From Candidatus Brocadiia bacterium (GTDB lineage: Bacteria; Planctomycetota; Brocadiia; SM23-32): DNA of 64,000 nucleotides. The notes beneath the pieces were generated by a model. That model saw nothing but the letters and a program-made list of their open reading frames with translations. It made no database searches and had not been told where the DNA came from. The stretch is from assembly GCA_046538485.1 (NCBI GenBank), contig JBKHIT010000001.1:96001-160000 (forward strand). Direction: 5' to 3'. Within the stretch, counting starts at the first letter, position 1; every line of letters starts with the position of its first letter. The position numbers were made by a program, and so were the translations under genes. Positions 10,865-21,193 of the stretch are shown here, one piece after another.

Positions 10865-11313
10865 CTCCAAACCTCCTTTCTTTTTATCTTGTCCGGATAT
10901 TCAGTATGAGGATTTGACGCAGTCAATACAAGTGGAGTTTGAACGCTGACCAACCGTTACGCAGAAACTACCGGGGGCCCGATGCTCCGGAGAAAAAACC
11001 GAGATAGCTTTTCCTCGGACATTTGGTGGATAACATTCTTCCCAACATCGTCATCGCAGTGATTGTCCAATCCGCGATGGACCGGATATGTGGGTTGCAT
11101 TACCGAAAATGCCTTCTATCGCATCATCTCTCACCTGCTCTCTACACATCCGCCTCGCATATTTCGTCACCCGTCGCCAGCCTGGCAGACCGCTCCGTTT
11201 TCACAGTGAAAAGGGCGCCGAAATCCATTAGACTCTTCCGTTCTGTCAAGAAGGCGAGAGAGGATAGTTCCTGTGATCGTCCGAAATCACTGCAACTCTA
11301 TTCAGTGGCAAAA

Positions 11314-12306
11314 ATGGAAAAAAGAAAACTGGGAAAAACTGACCTTGAGGTAACACGATTATCTTTCGGAGGACTCTTCGTTTCATCGGTAGGCGGGAAA
11401 TTCGAACAGGCACGGGAAGCTCTCCTGCGCGGACTCGATCTGGGCGTCAACTATATCGACACGGCCCCGAGTTACGCCAACAGCGAGGAAGTCATCGGAA
11501 AGGCCCTGGCCGATGAAGATGTCAAATTCTACCTATCAACGAAGCTTGGCGGCCGCCCGGACCCATTCGAGCCACGTAACAAGGACCACCTGCGACAGAG
11601 CCTTGAGGAAAGTCTTCGGCTTCTGGGCCGCGACCATATTGATGTTTTGTTTGTACATGAACCTGATCGGCCCGGGATGTATGACTGGTTCGAGAGCTGG
11701 AACCCCGTCGAGGGGCCGGTCTGCGATTTTCTGGAAGAAGTAAAAGACGAAGGTCTTGTGCGGCACACCGGTCTCGGCGGCACAACGGCTTACGAGCTGG
11801 CGTACATCATGGAACACGGCACGTTCGATGTCGTTCTCACGGCTTTCAACTACAGCATCCTCTGGCAGGAAGCAAAGCACGGAATCATTCCGACCGCGAA
11901 AGAGAAAGGCATGGGGGTAGTAGCCGGTTCTCCCCTGCAACAGGGGTGGTTCGCGCGGCGCTACGATGATATCGTAGAAAACGATCCGCCGCCCTGGCTT
12001 TCTCCGCAGCGTCGGGGACAACTGCTTCGGTTGTATTCTCTGCTTGACGAAATCGATATGCCGCTTCCGGAACTGGCGCTCCGTTTTGCGCTTTCAAATC
12101 CCGATATCGATACGGTTCTGATGGGCGCCCGCAATACCAGCGAAGTGGAACAGAACGTCCAGTCGGCCGAGGACGGAACACTACCAGACGACATTCTCGC
12201 TGCGGTGCAAGAGATCGCCGCCATGGTCCCATTCCGCCCCTGGGAGGAACCCGCCGGATGCCGGCTCCGCGATCCCAATTACCGGGGGACCGGACGAATG
12301 CGCTGA
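11314..12306 (+). CDS. Aldo/keto reductase
   Basis: MEKRKLGKTDLEVTRLSFG, GVNYIDTAPSY, LSTK, DHIDVLFVHEPD. Start trimmed from the ORF-track 11023. Confidence 0.9.
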   Translation: MEKRKLGKTDLEVTRLSFGGLFVSSVGGKFEQAREALLRGLDLGVNYIDTAPSYANSEEVIGKALADEDVKFYLSTKLGGRPDPFEPRNKDHLRQSLEESLRLLGRDHIDVLFVHEPDRPGMYDWFESWNPVEGPVCDFLEEVKDEGLVRHTGLGGTTAYELAYIMEHGTFDVVLTAFNYSILWQEAKHGIIPTAKEKGMGVVAGSPLQQGWFARRYDDIVENDPPPWLSPQRRGQLLRLYSLLDEIDMPLPELALRFALSNPDIDTVLMGARNTSEVEQNVQSAEDGTLPDDILAAVQEIAAMVPFRPWEEPAGCRLRDPNYRGTGRMR

Positions 12307-12333
12307 TTCACCCGATGAGACAAAGGAGCCCCC

Positions 12334-13356
12334 ATGAGAGCTGCTGTTGTACCTGAACATGGCAAACTGGAATTGCAAGAGGTCCCTGAGCCGCAACCGA
12401 CTCCCTACGATTGCATGGTCGAGATCGACGCCTGTGCAGTATGCACCGGAACCGATACAAACATTATTTTCGGAAATTTCCCGTGGTTGGTCGAACCGCC
12501 CTTTATCCTCGGCCACGAATCCACCGGCCTGATTGTTGAACGGGGCGAAAAAGTGGAAAACTTCGAGCTCGGCCAGCGCGTCACACGCGCCGCAGGTATC
12601 TTCCCCGGCGAGCGTGTTGAGGGTATCGGAAGTAACTGGGGAGGATTCGCCGAACTGGGACTGGTCCGAGACACCGAAGCCGCCCGAAAGGCTGGAATTG
12701 AAGTAACCCCCATGATGGCAAACAGCCGACGCCCTATTCCACCGGACGTCGATCCGGTCAGCGGCGCGCTCTCCGTTAATCTCCGGGAAATACTGTCGGT
12801 TGCTACCCGGCTCGATTTTGACGAAAACAGCCGGGTTGTAATCATTGGCTCCGGGTACAACGGCATGTTGTTTTCACTCTACGCCAAACTCTGCGGTGCC
12901 GGGAAAATCGTAATGGTCGGCAACTCGGAAAGAGCATTGTTGGCAGAAAAAAGTTTCGGGGCCGACGACCTCACCGATTATCGCCTTCCAAATACCCCGG
13001 AAATTGTGGCAGATCTTCTTGATGCCGATCCCACGCTGGTAATCGACGCCGTCGGGAAAGTTCAATCAGTCAAACTCGCCGGACAGTTGCTGGGCTCTGA
13101 TAGTGCCTTCGGACGTTACGGTTTGCACGAACACGAAGCGATACAGCCTCATCTTGCGGAATTGGAAAACAATTACGAAACAGTCGATCTCAGCACCAAC
13201 GAAGTGGCCGCCACCGACCGGTGGTATGAACTCTGGGAAGAAGGATTTTACGAGCGAGAAGGCATTTGTGACGGAACCATAAGCCTGGATCAGATCACCG
13301 ATGCTTTTGAGAAACTCGCCCGCCGCGAGGCTATGAAACTGGTCGTCACAATGTGA
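12334..13356 (+). CDS. Zinc-binding (MDR) alcohol dehydrogenase family protein
   Basis: CAVCTGTD, ILGHESTG, IIGSG nucleotide-binding motif. Confidence 0.85.
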   Translation: MRAAVVPEHGKLELQEVPEPQPTPYDCMVEIDACAVCTGTDTNIIFGNFPWLVEPPFILGHESTGLIVERGEKVENFELGQRVTRAAGIFPGERVEGIGSNWGGFAELGLVRDTEAARKAGIEVTPMMANSRRPIPPDVDPVSGALSVNLREILSVATRLDFDENSRVVIIGSGYNGMLFSLYAKLCGAGKIVMVGNSERALLAEKSFGADDLTDYRLPNTPEIVADLLDADPTLVIDAVGKVQSVKLAGQLLGSDSAFGRYGLHEHEAIQPHLAELENNYETVDLSTNEVAATDRWYELWEEGFYEREGICDGTISLDQITDAFEKLARREAMKLVVTM

Positions 13357-13357
13357 A

Positions 13358-14290
13358 ATGTCCGATCAAATGAAATCAAAAATGTTCTGGCTACTGGTGA
13401 TTTGCGTCGCTCTCCTGCTGCTTCCAGTGCCGGGGTGTATCTTCTACAATGCCTGGGCGGAAAATGTGCTGGAAAAACGCATGGAAAGCCTGGAGCGCAA
13501 CGAGGACGGCATAATCAAAAGCGCGGAACCAATCCGCATCGAACGGGGCCGGGACCGGGTTTGCCTTCTTTTGCACGGATTCATGAGTTCGCCATCCATC
13601 TTCGGCCGGCTCCCCGAGGCACTCGATCACCACGGCTGGGACGTGTGCGCTCCGCTCCTGCCGGGGCACGGCACGAACCCCCGTGAACTCAAGTCCACCA
13701 CCGCCGAAGACCTGGTCCAAAATCCCGCTTCGACCCTTGCCAAATTGAAAAAAGAATACTCTAACGTCGTAGTCATCGGGATGAGTATCGGAGGGGCTAT
13801 TGCTGTTCATCTCGCGGCAAAATCCGATTTTGACGGCCTGGTTTTGATTAACCCCTATTTTGCCTCCACATACTGCCTGGCCTACGTCCTGCCGCCTCGA
13901 TGGTGGCACACCATTCTGGCTCCTTTCCTTAAATGGACCGTTCGGCCAAAACGGGTCTGTCACGTCAATCGCCCGGAAGGGAAAAAAGAGGTCTTCAACT
14001 ATCGTGTCCTGCCAACCAAAGTCTATGCCGAACTGTTCAAGGTCTCAGACTCAGCAAAGAAAAAGGCCCCGCGGGATATACCCACTCTGATCGCTGTATC
14101 AAATGGCGATCATACCGCTTCACCCAGAGCAACCCGCCGATATTTCAAGAACCTTGAAATCACAACCAAAAAACTCCAGGCTTACGATCATTCCGATCAC
14201 CTGCTGCTCGTCGATAACGACCGAGAAAAAACTATCCAGGACATTGCCAACTTCCTCAGTTCATTGCCGTGCGAGGAGAAATCGCCGTGA
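13358..14290 (+). CDS. Alpha/beta hydrolase (carboxylesterase-like) with N-terminal membrane anchor
   Basis: LLLHGF, LPGHG, GMSIGG nucleophile elbow, D and H near the C-terminus. Confidence 0.85.
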   Translation: MSDQMKSKMFWLLVICVALLLLPVPGCIFYNAWAENVLEKRMESLERNEDGIIKSAEPIRIERGRDRVCLLLHGFMSSPSIFGRLPEALDHHGWDVCAPLLPGHGTNPRELKSTTAEDLVQNPASTLAKLKKEYSNVVVIGMSIGGAIAVHLAAKSDFDGLVLINPYFASTYCLAYVLPPRWWHTILAPFLKWTVRPKRVCHVNRPEGKKEVFNYRVLPTKVYAELFKVSDSAKKKAPRDIPTLIAVSNGDHTASPRATRRYFKNLEITTKKLQAYDHSDHLLLVDNDREKTIQDIANFLSSLPCEEKSP

Positions 14291-15237
14291 CCACGCCCGT
14301 CTTTAAGCTCGTCACTGACACTCCCCTTCTGGATCTATCTGCCGTTCCCTGGACCCAGCCAAAACGGGTCGTCAAAAGCAACGATATCCCTGAGAACGCC
14401 AGAGAAGTCCGCTCCACAATCATGCATCCGTCCGTCATCGAAGCCGGACGATATCTGAACGATCCGCCCGCACGATATCTGATGTACTACGCCCCCCACC
14501 ACAGTCCTGGAATCGGAGCCGCAGCCAGCGATAAGCTCGAAGGGCCCTGGGAACCTCTCGAAGAAAACCCCATTCTGCACCTCGAGGACTGTGGCGGGAT
14601 TCATGGTCATATCAGCGGGCCGGATGTCATCTGGATGCCCGAAACCGAAAGGTTCAGAATGTATTTCCATGGATCGGTGCCTGAGGCCGGACAACAATCG
14701 GGAGTGGCGGCCAGCGCTGACGGGATCCATTTCGAGACATTGCGCAACGAACCAATCCTCACAAAACCCTATTTAAGAGTCTTCCGAAAAGCGGGCGATT
14801 TTTACGGCGTTTGCCGCTTCGGACGGAATCTGGGCCTCGTCCGATCCCCTGACGGATTGACCTGGGAAGAATGGCCGAACGGCCTGTTGCTTGAGACAGG
14901 AGAGAAACAGGAGGAGTTTGACCGACTTCGTCACCACTGTCTCTGGATCGAAGGAACTACGCTCTACGTCTTCTACTGCACCTACCGCGACCCCGAATGC
15001 CGGCTCGAAACCATACGCGCAGCCGTGATGTCAATCGAAGGCGACTGGCAAAATTGGGATAAACCACAGCGCCTCGGCGATGTCATCCGTCCGGAACTCG
15101 AATGGGAAAGCAACAATATCCGGGATCCGTACCTGATCGAGGCGGGAGGAAGACTTTACATGTTCTATGTCGGCGGGAACGAAACTGGCATAAGCCTCGC
15201 CATCGCCAAAGACGGCCCCGAAACCTGGTCGCGCTGA
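14287..15237 (+). CDS. Five-bladed beta-propeller glycoside hydrolase-like protein (GH43/GH32 clan-like)
   Basis: HPSVI..YLMYY, GPDVI..FRMYFHG and RDPYLI..LYMFY blade repeats. Confidence 0.6.
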   Translation: MTTPVFKLVTDTPLLDLSAVPWTQPKRVVKSNDIPENAREVRSTIMHPSVIEAGRYLNDPPARYLMYYAPHHSPGIGAAASDKLEGPWEPLEENPILHLEDCGGIHGHISGPDVIWMPETERFRMYFHGSVPEAGQQSGVAASADGIHFETLRNEPILTKPYLRVFRKAGDFYGVCRFGRNLGLVRSPDGLTWEEWPNGLLLETGEKQEEFDRLRHHCLWIEGTTLYVFYCTYRDPECRLETIRAAVMSIEGDWQNWDKPQRLGDVIRPELEWESNNIRDPYLIEAGGRLYMFYVGGNETGISLAIAKDGPETWSR

Positions 15238-15280
15238 CCGCCGGCGATGATCGCGTGACACTACTTCGCATTTCCCAACG

Positions 15281-16172
15281 TTTGTCCGCCTCAAGTCCAG
15301 TTTCGCCCGCCGCTGGCGCGCTCAGCTGAACTCGAGTCTCAATCCCCCCGAGCGGGCTGGACTTCAGCCAGCGGCTGGAGTTCAGAACGCGGTGCATAAA
15401 CCCAACGGTTCACTAACAAAACAGTCAACAATTGACAGCAGGTCACGCAGGGAGATCTATCCTGCTATGAACCATTGCCACGAAACCGCGGATGCCAACC
15501 GATGCGCCGTCATAGTAGTGCAAGCATCTTGCTTGCAACTTTTCCGTTATTCTGCCAGAAGAGATCAGGTCAATTATCCGAACTCCATCTGTGACAGGCA
15601 GGAGTACCTGTTTAGCCCGGAGATACCCCTTCGTGGGTCATTGCGAGTCCATCGCGAGATGGGCGAAGCAATCTGGTCGTTTTTTCAGCCCAACAGCGAG
15701 ATTGCCGCGGCGTCCCACAGCGCGGAACGCCTCGCAATGACATGTGAGCGCGGATGGCTGATGTAGGGCACGCTAAATGCATACGCCCTGAAAGGGCAGC
15801 ATATAACAGCCCGGGGTGCTGAGGGCTGAAAGCCCTCGGAGCCCTGGGATTATGAGTGTGGAGAAAAAAAGTGGGCTGAAGGCCCACCACAAAACGACGA
15901 AAGATAACGGCACAACAGCGCCCCCCCAGCAAGGGGGATTCTTGGACAGACGTGCCTGCCATTTAAAATCTCGTTCGCATTGGCATACCCCCTTTCAGGT
16001 AGTCCACCGCCACTCGCGATCGCCGCACTCCAGAGCCGGCTGGCGCCGGCGGGGTTCATGCACGACCCGGTGCTGATACGATTGGCCGGCACGGAGCATA
16101 TTCCGTTCCGGAAAAAACAACAACGACTCCGGGCCTGACGCCCCGGTCCACAGGCTGGAGAGCCTGTGCTAC
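15281..16172. repeat. Intergenic mosaic of palindromic REP-like modules (zone A)
   Basis: Modules at 15281-15339, 15351-15392, 15515-15537, 15637-15741, 15785-15893 and 16129-16172. Most recur in zones 22321-23469, 25392-25493 or 28963-29619. Confidence 0.8.
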
Positions 16173-16226
16173 AGGGTTTTTTTAGCCGTCCTGTCTCCTG
16201 ACTTTCGACCCCTGCGGCCTACCATC

Positions 16227-17208
16227 TTGACATATGTCATTTCAGGTATACTGGCCCACATTATTACTTTTATGTCAAGAGGAGCCAAATGTCTTACCGT
16301 AATTTGAAGTTGGAAGCACTTGATCGTCTCAAAATGAAATCCCGGGAAGGGCAGTTCATCACCGATCTTCGTAATGGTCTGGAGTGTTCTCCCTTTGAAG
16401 CCGATATCATCATGGATATGGTCGAGGAAACCTTTTTGCCTCTATGGGATCATACGGCCATTCGGGTTCCTGAAGGTCGAATCTCGCTGATATCGACCAC
16501 CAGATCGTCAACGAAAATCATAGAGACAAAATCGTTCGTATAGCCAAAAGGTTGTGTGAGCAGGCATATGAGCAAGGAGAGCTTCTCACCAGTGCCGATC
16601 TGTCGCTTTTGATTGGATACGACCGTGCCTATATTTCAGGATGTATCGCCGAGGAGGAAAGAAAAACTGGCGAGCTTATTCCACGCCGGGCAAACATTCA
16701 CGATATGGGCAGTGGTCTTACCCATAAACGAATTATCTGTCTGTATCGATACCGCGATGGTCTCTGCGCCACCGAAATAGCAAAACGCACCAATCATGAT
16801 GATGAATCAGTCAACAATTACCTCAGTAGTTTCAAACGTGTTCGACATCTTTTGCAGAAAGGCATTTCTGCCGATCAGATTCCTCAAATACTCGGAATGA
16901 GCAGCAACCTGGTCCACGAATATATTCATATCTATGAGGAGCTGGAGAATGATGATGCTTGACACACATAAAGAAACATATAAAGCTGTGAGCACCTGTT
17001 GGGAGGATAGGGCTCTGCTGAGGAGCAACCTGAGCGCCCGGCAGGAGCTGAAGCATCGGAGGGGGCATCAGTTACAAACGGTGCCCCTTTCACAACCAAC
17101 CGATGCTTTAGCCCCAAAGCGAAAAACCTGCCGTTTTTCTTTCAGAAGCCAGCTTGGAGCCAAGAACACCTTAAAACGCCACCATTCACCTCTCGTGACA
17201 TATGTCAA
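16227..17208 (+). mobile_element. Putative internally deleted DUF1670-type mobile element
   Basis: 13-bp terminal inverted repeats TTGACATATGTCA (16227-16239) and TGACATATGTCAA (17196-17208), flanked by the direct repeat CATC. Encloses DUF1670-like fragments. Confidence 0.65.
16289..16962 (+). pseudogene. DUF1670-like protein broken into two frames
   Basis: AGGAG RBS and ORF 16289-16543. A second frame is open from about 16486 (DIDHQIVN..RLCEQAYEQGELLTSADL..IPRRANIHDMGSGLTHK..EIAKRTNH..NNY), matching my recollection of DUF1670 motifs. Confidence 0.7.
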
Positions 17209-17389
17209 CATCTTGTCCCGTGGGTGAAGAAGATTGAGGCGAGGCATTCGCGCGTTCAGCACGACAGGCATCCTACATGGTACAGTGTTTAGCGCGCGTT
17301 ACACTCATTCATTCAGGTCTACATGTCATTGCGAGGCGTTCCGCGTAACGGGACCGGCGGATCTGCCAGCGGCAATCCGCTCCGCTCCC

Positions 17390-18898
17390 TCATGCACCGC
17401 AAATACGAGGAGTTTCAAACCGGTCCGTCATCGCCAACCGTTCGCTCAGCCGAAATAAGAGCTCATTTTTCCGTTCCTGCGCCGAGGGCTCATGCCAGAG
17501 GTTGTTCTGCTCCGCCGGATCCTCAGCCAGGTTGATCAACAGACCCTCATCGAACCCGGCCCAGATCACCAGTTTCCAGTCCCCTTCCACAATGCCCCGC
17601 TGACGGCAAAGCGGAGTTTCCCCGTGCCAGTCTTCGTCGTATTCCATCAGAGATGGCTGATGATGCTCTTCCTCGCCGTTCAAAAATGGCAGCAAACTGC
17701 CTCCCGGCAGTCCGGGTCGTTCACCTTCTCCCGCCCCACGCTGATCGTGCCAGTCGGCTCCCAGAGCAGCCATCTCTGCAATGGTCGGTGCAAAATCCAG
17801 CAGACTTACCGGTGTATCGACATCCTCCCCTTTCACGTCGCTATCGGGAACGCGCCACACAAACGGAACCCGCACGAGTTCCTCCCACGGCCAGGCGCCC
17901 TTGTGCAGCAATCCGTGCGATCCCAGATATTCCCCGTGATCGGCCATCAGCATCAGCACGGTGTCATCTTTCAGATCTTCTCGATCGAGCGCGGAGAGCA
18001 CGCGCCCAATACTCTCATCGATATGGCTGATCATCCCGTAGGTCTGCGCCGTAATCTCCCGCAGCTCCCTCTCATCGCGTATCGCATGGTGGGTCATCCC
18101 CTCGCGCACGCGCCGGAGCACCTCAATGGAATCCCCGGTTTCCTGCCAGGTTTTCGCGAGCGACACCTGAGCCGGATCATACATTTCCGAAAAGGGCCGA
18201 CACGCGGCGTAGGGAAAATGGGGATCGGGGAAACTGCAAAAGAGGAAGAATGGTTGCTCTCCATCGGTTTCCTGCAGAAAATCAATCGTCCGGTCGGCGA
18301 TCCAGTGGTTGTAATGAAGCTCGGCCGGTAAATCCATCCGCCAGGCCCGTCCTTCCGCCTGGTATGCTTCTGACCGCTGCAGTTTCTTAACGGATTCGGG
18401 ATATTGCTCTGCCAGCCAGCGTTTGTAATCCCCGAAAATATAGTTCACATGCCCGCCGACGAAATCGACGCTCTGGTAGCCGTAATACGGGTTCGGAAGT
18501 TCCTCAATCCTTCCCTCGTCCCAGGCCCCGCCCTCTTCCCATGAATGCCCACCTTCCCTCAACCCACCTCCGCCAAATGGCTGAAGATGAAGTTTGCCGA
18601 CCGCATGGGTCCGGTAACCTGCTTCCGCCAGAGCTCCGGTGAGGGTCGGGACACTCTCGGGCAGACAGCAACCGTTCGTCAGTAATCCATGCTGACGCGG
18701 AGTCTTCCCGGTAATCATACTCGCACGCGAAGGCTGACAGACGGGGTTGTTGACGTACCCTCGGCTGAAGTTGACGCCTTTCTCCGCCAGGGCGTCGACG
18801 TTTGGGGTTTTAATTTCTTTGTTTCCGTTACAACCCAGACACGCTGACTGCATCTGGTCGGTACAGAAAATGAGAAAATTCGGTCGTTCTTCAGACAT
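17390..18898 (-). CDS. Sulfatase
   Basis: RPNFLIFCTDQ, CQPSRASMITG (CxPxR), GKLH, ADHGE. Confidence 0.92.
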   Translation of the reverse strand: MSEERPNFLIFCTDQMQSACLGCNGNKEIKTPNVDALAEKGVNFSRGYVNNPVCQPSRASMITGKTPRQHGLLTNGCCLPESVPTLTGALAEAGYRTHAVGKLHLQPFGGGGLREGGHSWEEGGAWDEGRIEELPNPYYGYQSVDFVGGHVNYIFGDYKRWLAEQYPESVKKLQRSEAYQAEGRAWRMDLPAELHYNHWIADRTIDFLQETDGEQPFFLFCSFPDPHFPYAACRPFSEMYDPAQVSLAKTWQETGDSIEVLRRVREGMTHHAIRDERELREITAQTYGMISHIDESIGRVLSALDREDLKDDTVLMLMADHGEYLGSHGLLHKGAWPWEELVRVPFVWRVPDSDVKGEDVDTPVSLLDFAPTIAEMAALGADWHDQRGAGEGERPGLPGGSLLPFLNGEEEHHQPSLMEYDEDWHGETPLCRQRGIVEGDWKLVIWAGFDEGLLINLAEDPAEQNNLWHEPSAQERKNELLFRLSERLAMTDRFETPRICGA

Positions 18899-19039
18899 CG
18901 ATGACCTCACTTTTCAATCCATTTCAATTTCAACTTCGTGGTGGTTCTGTTCATTTCCCGGAAAGTCCGGCCGACGAATCCTTCGGAGCGGAGTGACAAC
19001 ATTTTTGTTTCCCCCGGAGCCAGGGGAATGTCGATTTCT

Positions 19040-20719
19040 TCAGGGATGGGCCAGGGCCGCAGTGATAGGGCTGGAACTGTAGGCCCGGGCCAGCCGCATG
19101 TGCGGAGCCGTTCCCCAGTGATAGCCGCTCCCGATGCTGTTCGATGCTCCGACTGCGTTTGCCTCCGTCACCATCTCCGTGCCGTGAAACGTGTCCGGGT
19201 TCTGCGTCGCCGCTTTGTAGAAATAGTCAGCCATACCTTCGGGCGAGGTCATGCCGCCGACCGAAAGGCCCCGTCGATCGATCGGGGCGTGGTAGCTCTG
19301 ATCGTGATAGATACCCTGCGCGCCGAAATCCTGACAGTACTCGTTCACCCACCCCAGTATCCACTGTTGCCAGCCAGGATGGCCGAGATGATGCTGATCG
19401 ACGTATTTCACGACGGTGTCGGAATCTTTCTGAAACACCAGGCGAGTGTTGGCTTTGGTGTGCAGTTTTCGCGCCTTCTTTTCCCGCTTGGGATTTGTCA
19501 TCTCTTTCTCGGGAGCAAACGGGCCCCACATGATCATCGGCTGCAGATATGCCATTCCGTATGTGCCGGCTTTTTCCCAATTTTTCACGTCTTCAGCGAA
19601 ACCGTCGTAAGGCGTATTATCGGCGTGATTATGATCAAAACCTTCCCTGCGAACGCAGGTGAGAAAAGCAGCCGCGCGTCCCTGCCAGGGCTTAACATAA
19701 CGTAGAAAATTATTCAGCCATTTTCCCTGGGGTCCGGCAACGGAAGCGATAACAGAGATGCGTTTTGAAAAGTCCGGTCGCGGAGCCATTTTGACGTTCT
19801 CATCGCGCCATTTTCGATAGCGCGCTGCCGCCTGAGCCCAGCTCTTATCAAACGCCTGGATCCGCCATGGTACCGCGGATTTCGCCTTTTTCAGATCTTC
19901 GAAAGGCGGGACGTTCATCATTGAGAGACTGAAAGAAAGCCCCTCGTCATTCTTCAGATACATCAGGTGTTTGTAGTAGCGAAGTTTCTGGTCCTGTGTC
20001 CAGATCGCGAAAGCTCCCGTCTTCCAGCCGTTGAATGCCACCAGGCCATACTGCCAGTAGTCAGGCCACTGGTTCATCCAGAGCACTTCGCCCGTGTTCT
20101 CGCGGGTAATTTGGAGCCCATCGGTGATCGGCGCCTCGGCCGTGACGGCCGGTGCCAGTGGCGCCAGGGTGAGGTTGGCAGCATAAACGCCCGGTTGCCG
20201 GGACTGTCCGCCGGGGGTGACCAACAAATGCCCCGTATCCTCTTCGACCTGCAGCAACAGACTGAACGTTTCGTCCTCGAACCGTTTATTCCCATCAGTC
20301 AGTCCCGTGTAGATCAGCTTCGCCCCCCCATCCGTTTTTTCGAAAGCGAAACGGCTTTTGTCATCGGGGTAATGCTGGTTGGGCAGGTACAGATCGTTCG
20401 GATGTTCCCACCAGGGCCAGTGGTAGAGTTTTTTCGCCCTTTTCCGTGCCGTCTCGCCATACTGCGACCCCAGGCCGGATGGCAGATGGGCAACGGTTTC
20501 TGACAAATCTGCTTCTGAATCGAGATACTGCTCCCGTGTCAGTTTGTTGAACATGCTCACCAGAACACCGTTCCGGAACTCGATGCGGTATTTTGGTGTT
20601 TCTACGGTGGCGCCCCTTTCTGTCGGGGTGATATTCCCCTGCGCCGTCAGGGCTAAACACAGGACTCCGATGCCCACAATTAGGATCGGTTTCATCACAG
20701 GGTTACTTCGTTTGCGCAT
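19040..20719 (-). CDS. Secreted hypothetical protein, probable glycoside-hydrolase-like; 3' end apparently frameshifted or deleted
   Basis: Signal-peptide-like MKPILIVGIGVLCLALTAQG and GIYHDQ (TIM-barrel GH-like). A 44-codon tail in another frame (18907-19041) ends next to the sulfatase RBS. Confidence 0.55.
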   Translation of the reverse strand: MRKRSNPVMKPILIVGIGVLCLALTAQGNITPTERGATVETPKYRIEFRNGVLVSMFNKLTREQYLDSEADLSETVAHLPSGLGSQYGETARKRAKKLYHWPWWEHPNDLYLPNQHYPDDKSRFAFEKTDGGAKLIYTGLTDGNKRFEDETFSLLLQVEEDTGHLLVTPGGQSRQPGVYAANLTLAPLAPAVTAEAPITDGLQITRENTGEVLWMNQWPDYWQYGLVAFNGWKTGAFAIWTQDQKLRYYKHLMYLKNDEGLSFSLSMMNVPPFEDLKKAKSAVPWRIQAFDKSWAQAAARYRKWRDENVKMAPRPDFSKRISVIASVAGPQGKWLNNFLRYVKPWQGRAAAFLTCVRREGFDHNHADNTPYDGFAEDVKNWEKAGTYGMAYLQPMIMWGPFAPEKEMTNPKREKKARKLHTKANTRLVFQKDSDTVVKYVDQHHLGHPGWQQWILGWVNEYCQDFGAQGIYHDQSYHAPIDRRGLSVGGMTSPEGMADYFYKAATQNPDTFHGTEMVTEANAVGASNSIGSGYHWGTAPHMRLARAYSSSPITAALAHP

Positions 20720-20755
20720 AGTTTGCCTCGGAATTTTAAGCGAATCAGATATCAC

Positions 20756-21070
20756 TCACGCCGGCCAGATTTTGCGTCCGCCCCCAGGCGGAGTGATCTC
20801 ATTGATTTCATCCAATTCCTCGTCTGCCAGAGGGGGCAAATGCATCGCACGGGTGTTTTTCTTCACCTGTTTTTTTGTTTTTGCACCGGGTATGACGGTC
20901 GTCACCGCAGGGTGGGACAGGACGAACTGAAGTGACAGTTGGGCCAAACTACGATCCTGGGCCAGCGGTTTGAATTTCTCAACTTTCTCCAGGTCCTCCA
21001 AAAATGTCGCGCGTTGTTCGGGGTCATTCTGCCACTTCTACCGGAAATCACCATCTTCGAATTCCGTGTA
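20756..21070 (-). pseudogene. Aldo/keto reductase C-terminal remnant
   Basis: SLAQLSLQFVLSHPAVTTVIPGAKT is an AKR C-terminus. The upstream frame has an in-frame TAG (DGDFR*KWQ) and no N-terminal half. Confidence 0.75.
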
Positions 21071-21193
21071 GCGAATCGATTATTCCCACGGCGCAGGATC
21101 GGGGAAGATCTTCAATCTTTGCCGATCCTCGGACAGACCGCGCGGACCCGTTCAGGTACATCGCCACTGTGTAGCGTCAAAATAAGACGCCTA

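Noticed and set aside
16227..16252. TTGACA..TATACT as a canonical promoter
   Set aside because: The spacer is only 14 nt; TTGACA is better explained as part of the inverted end.
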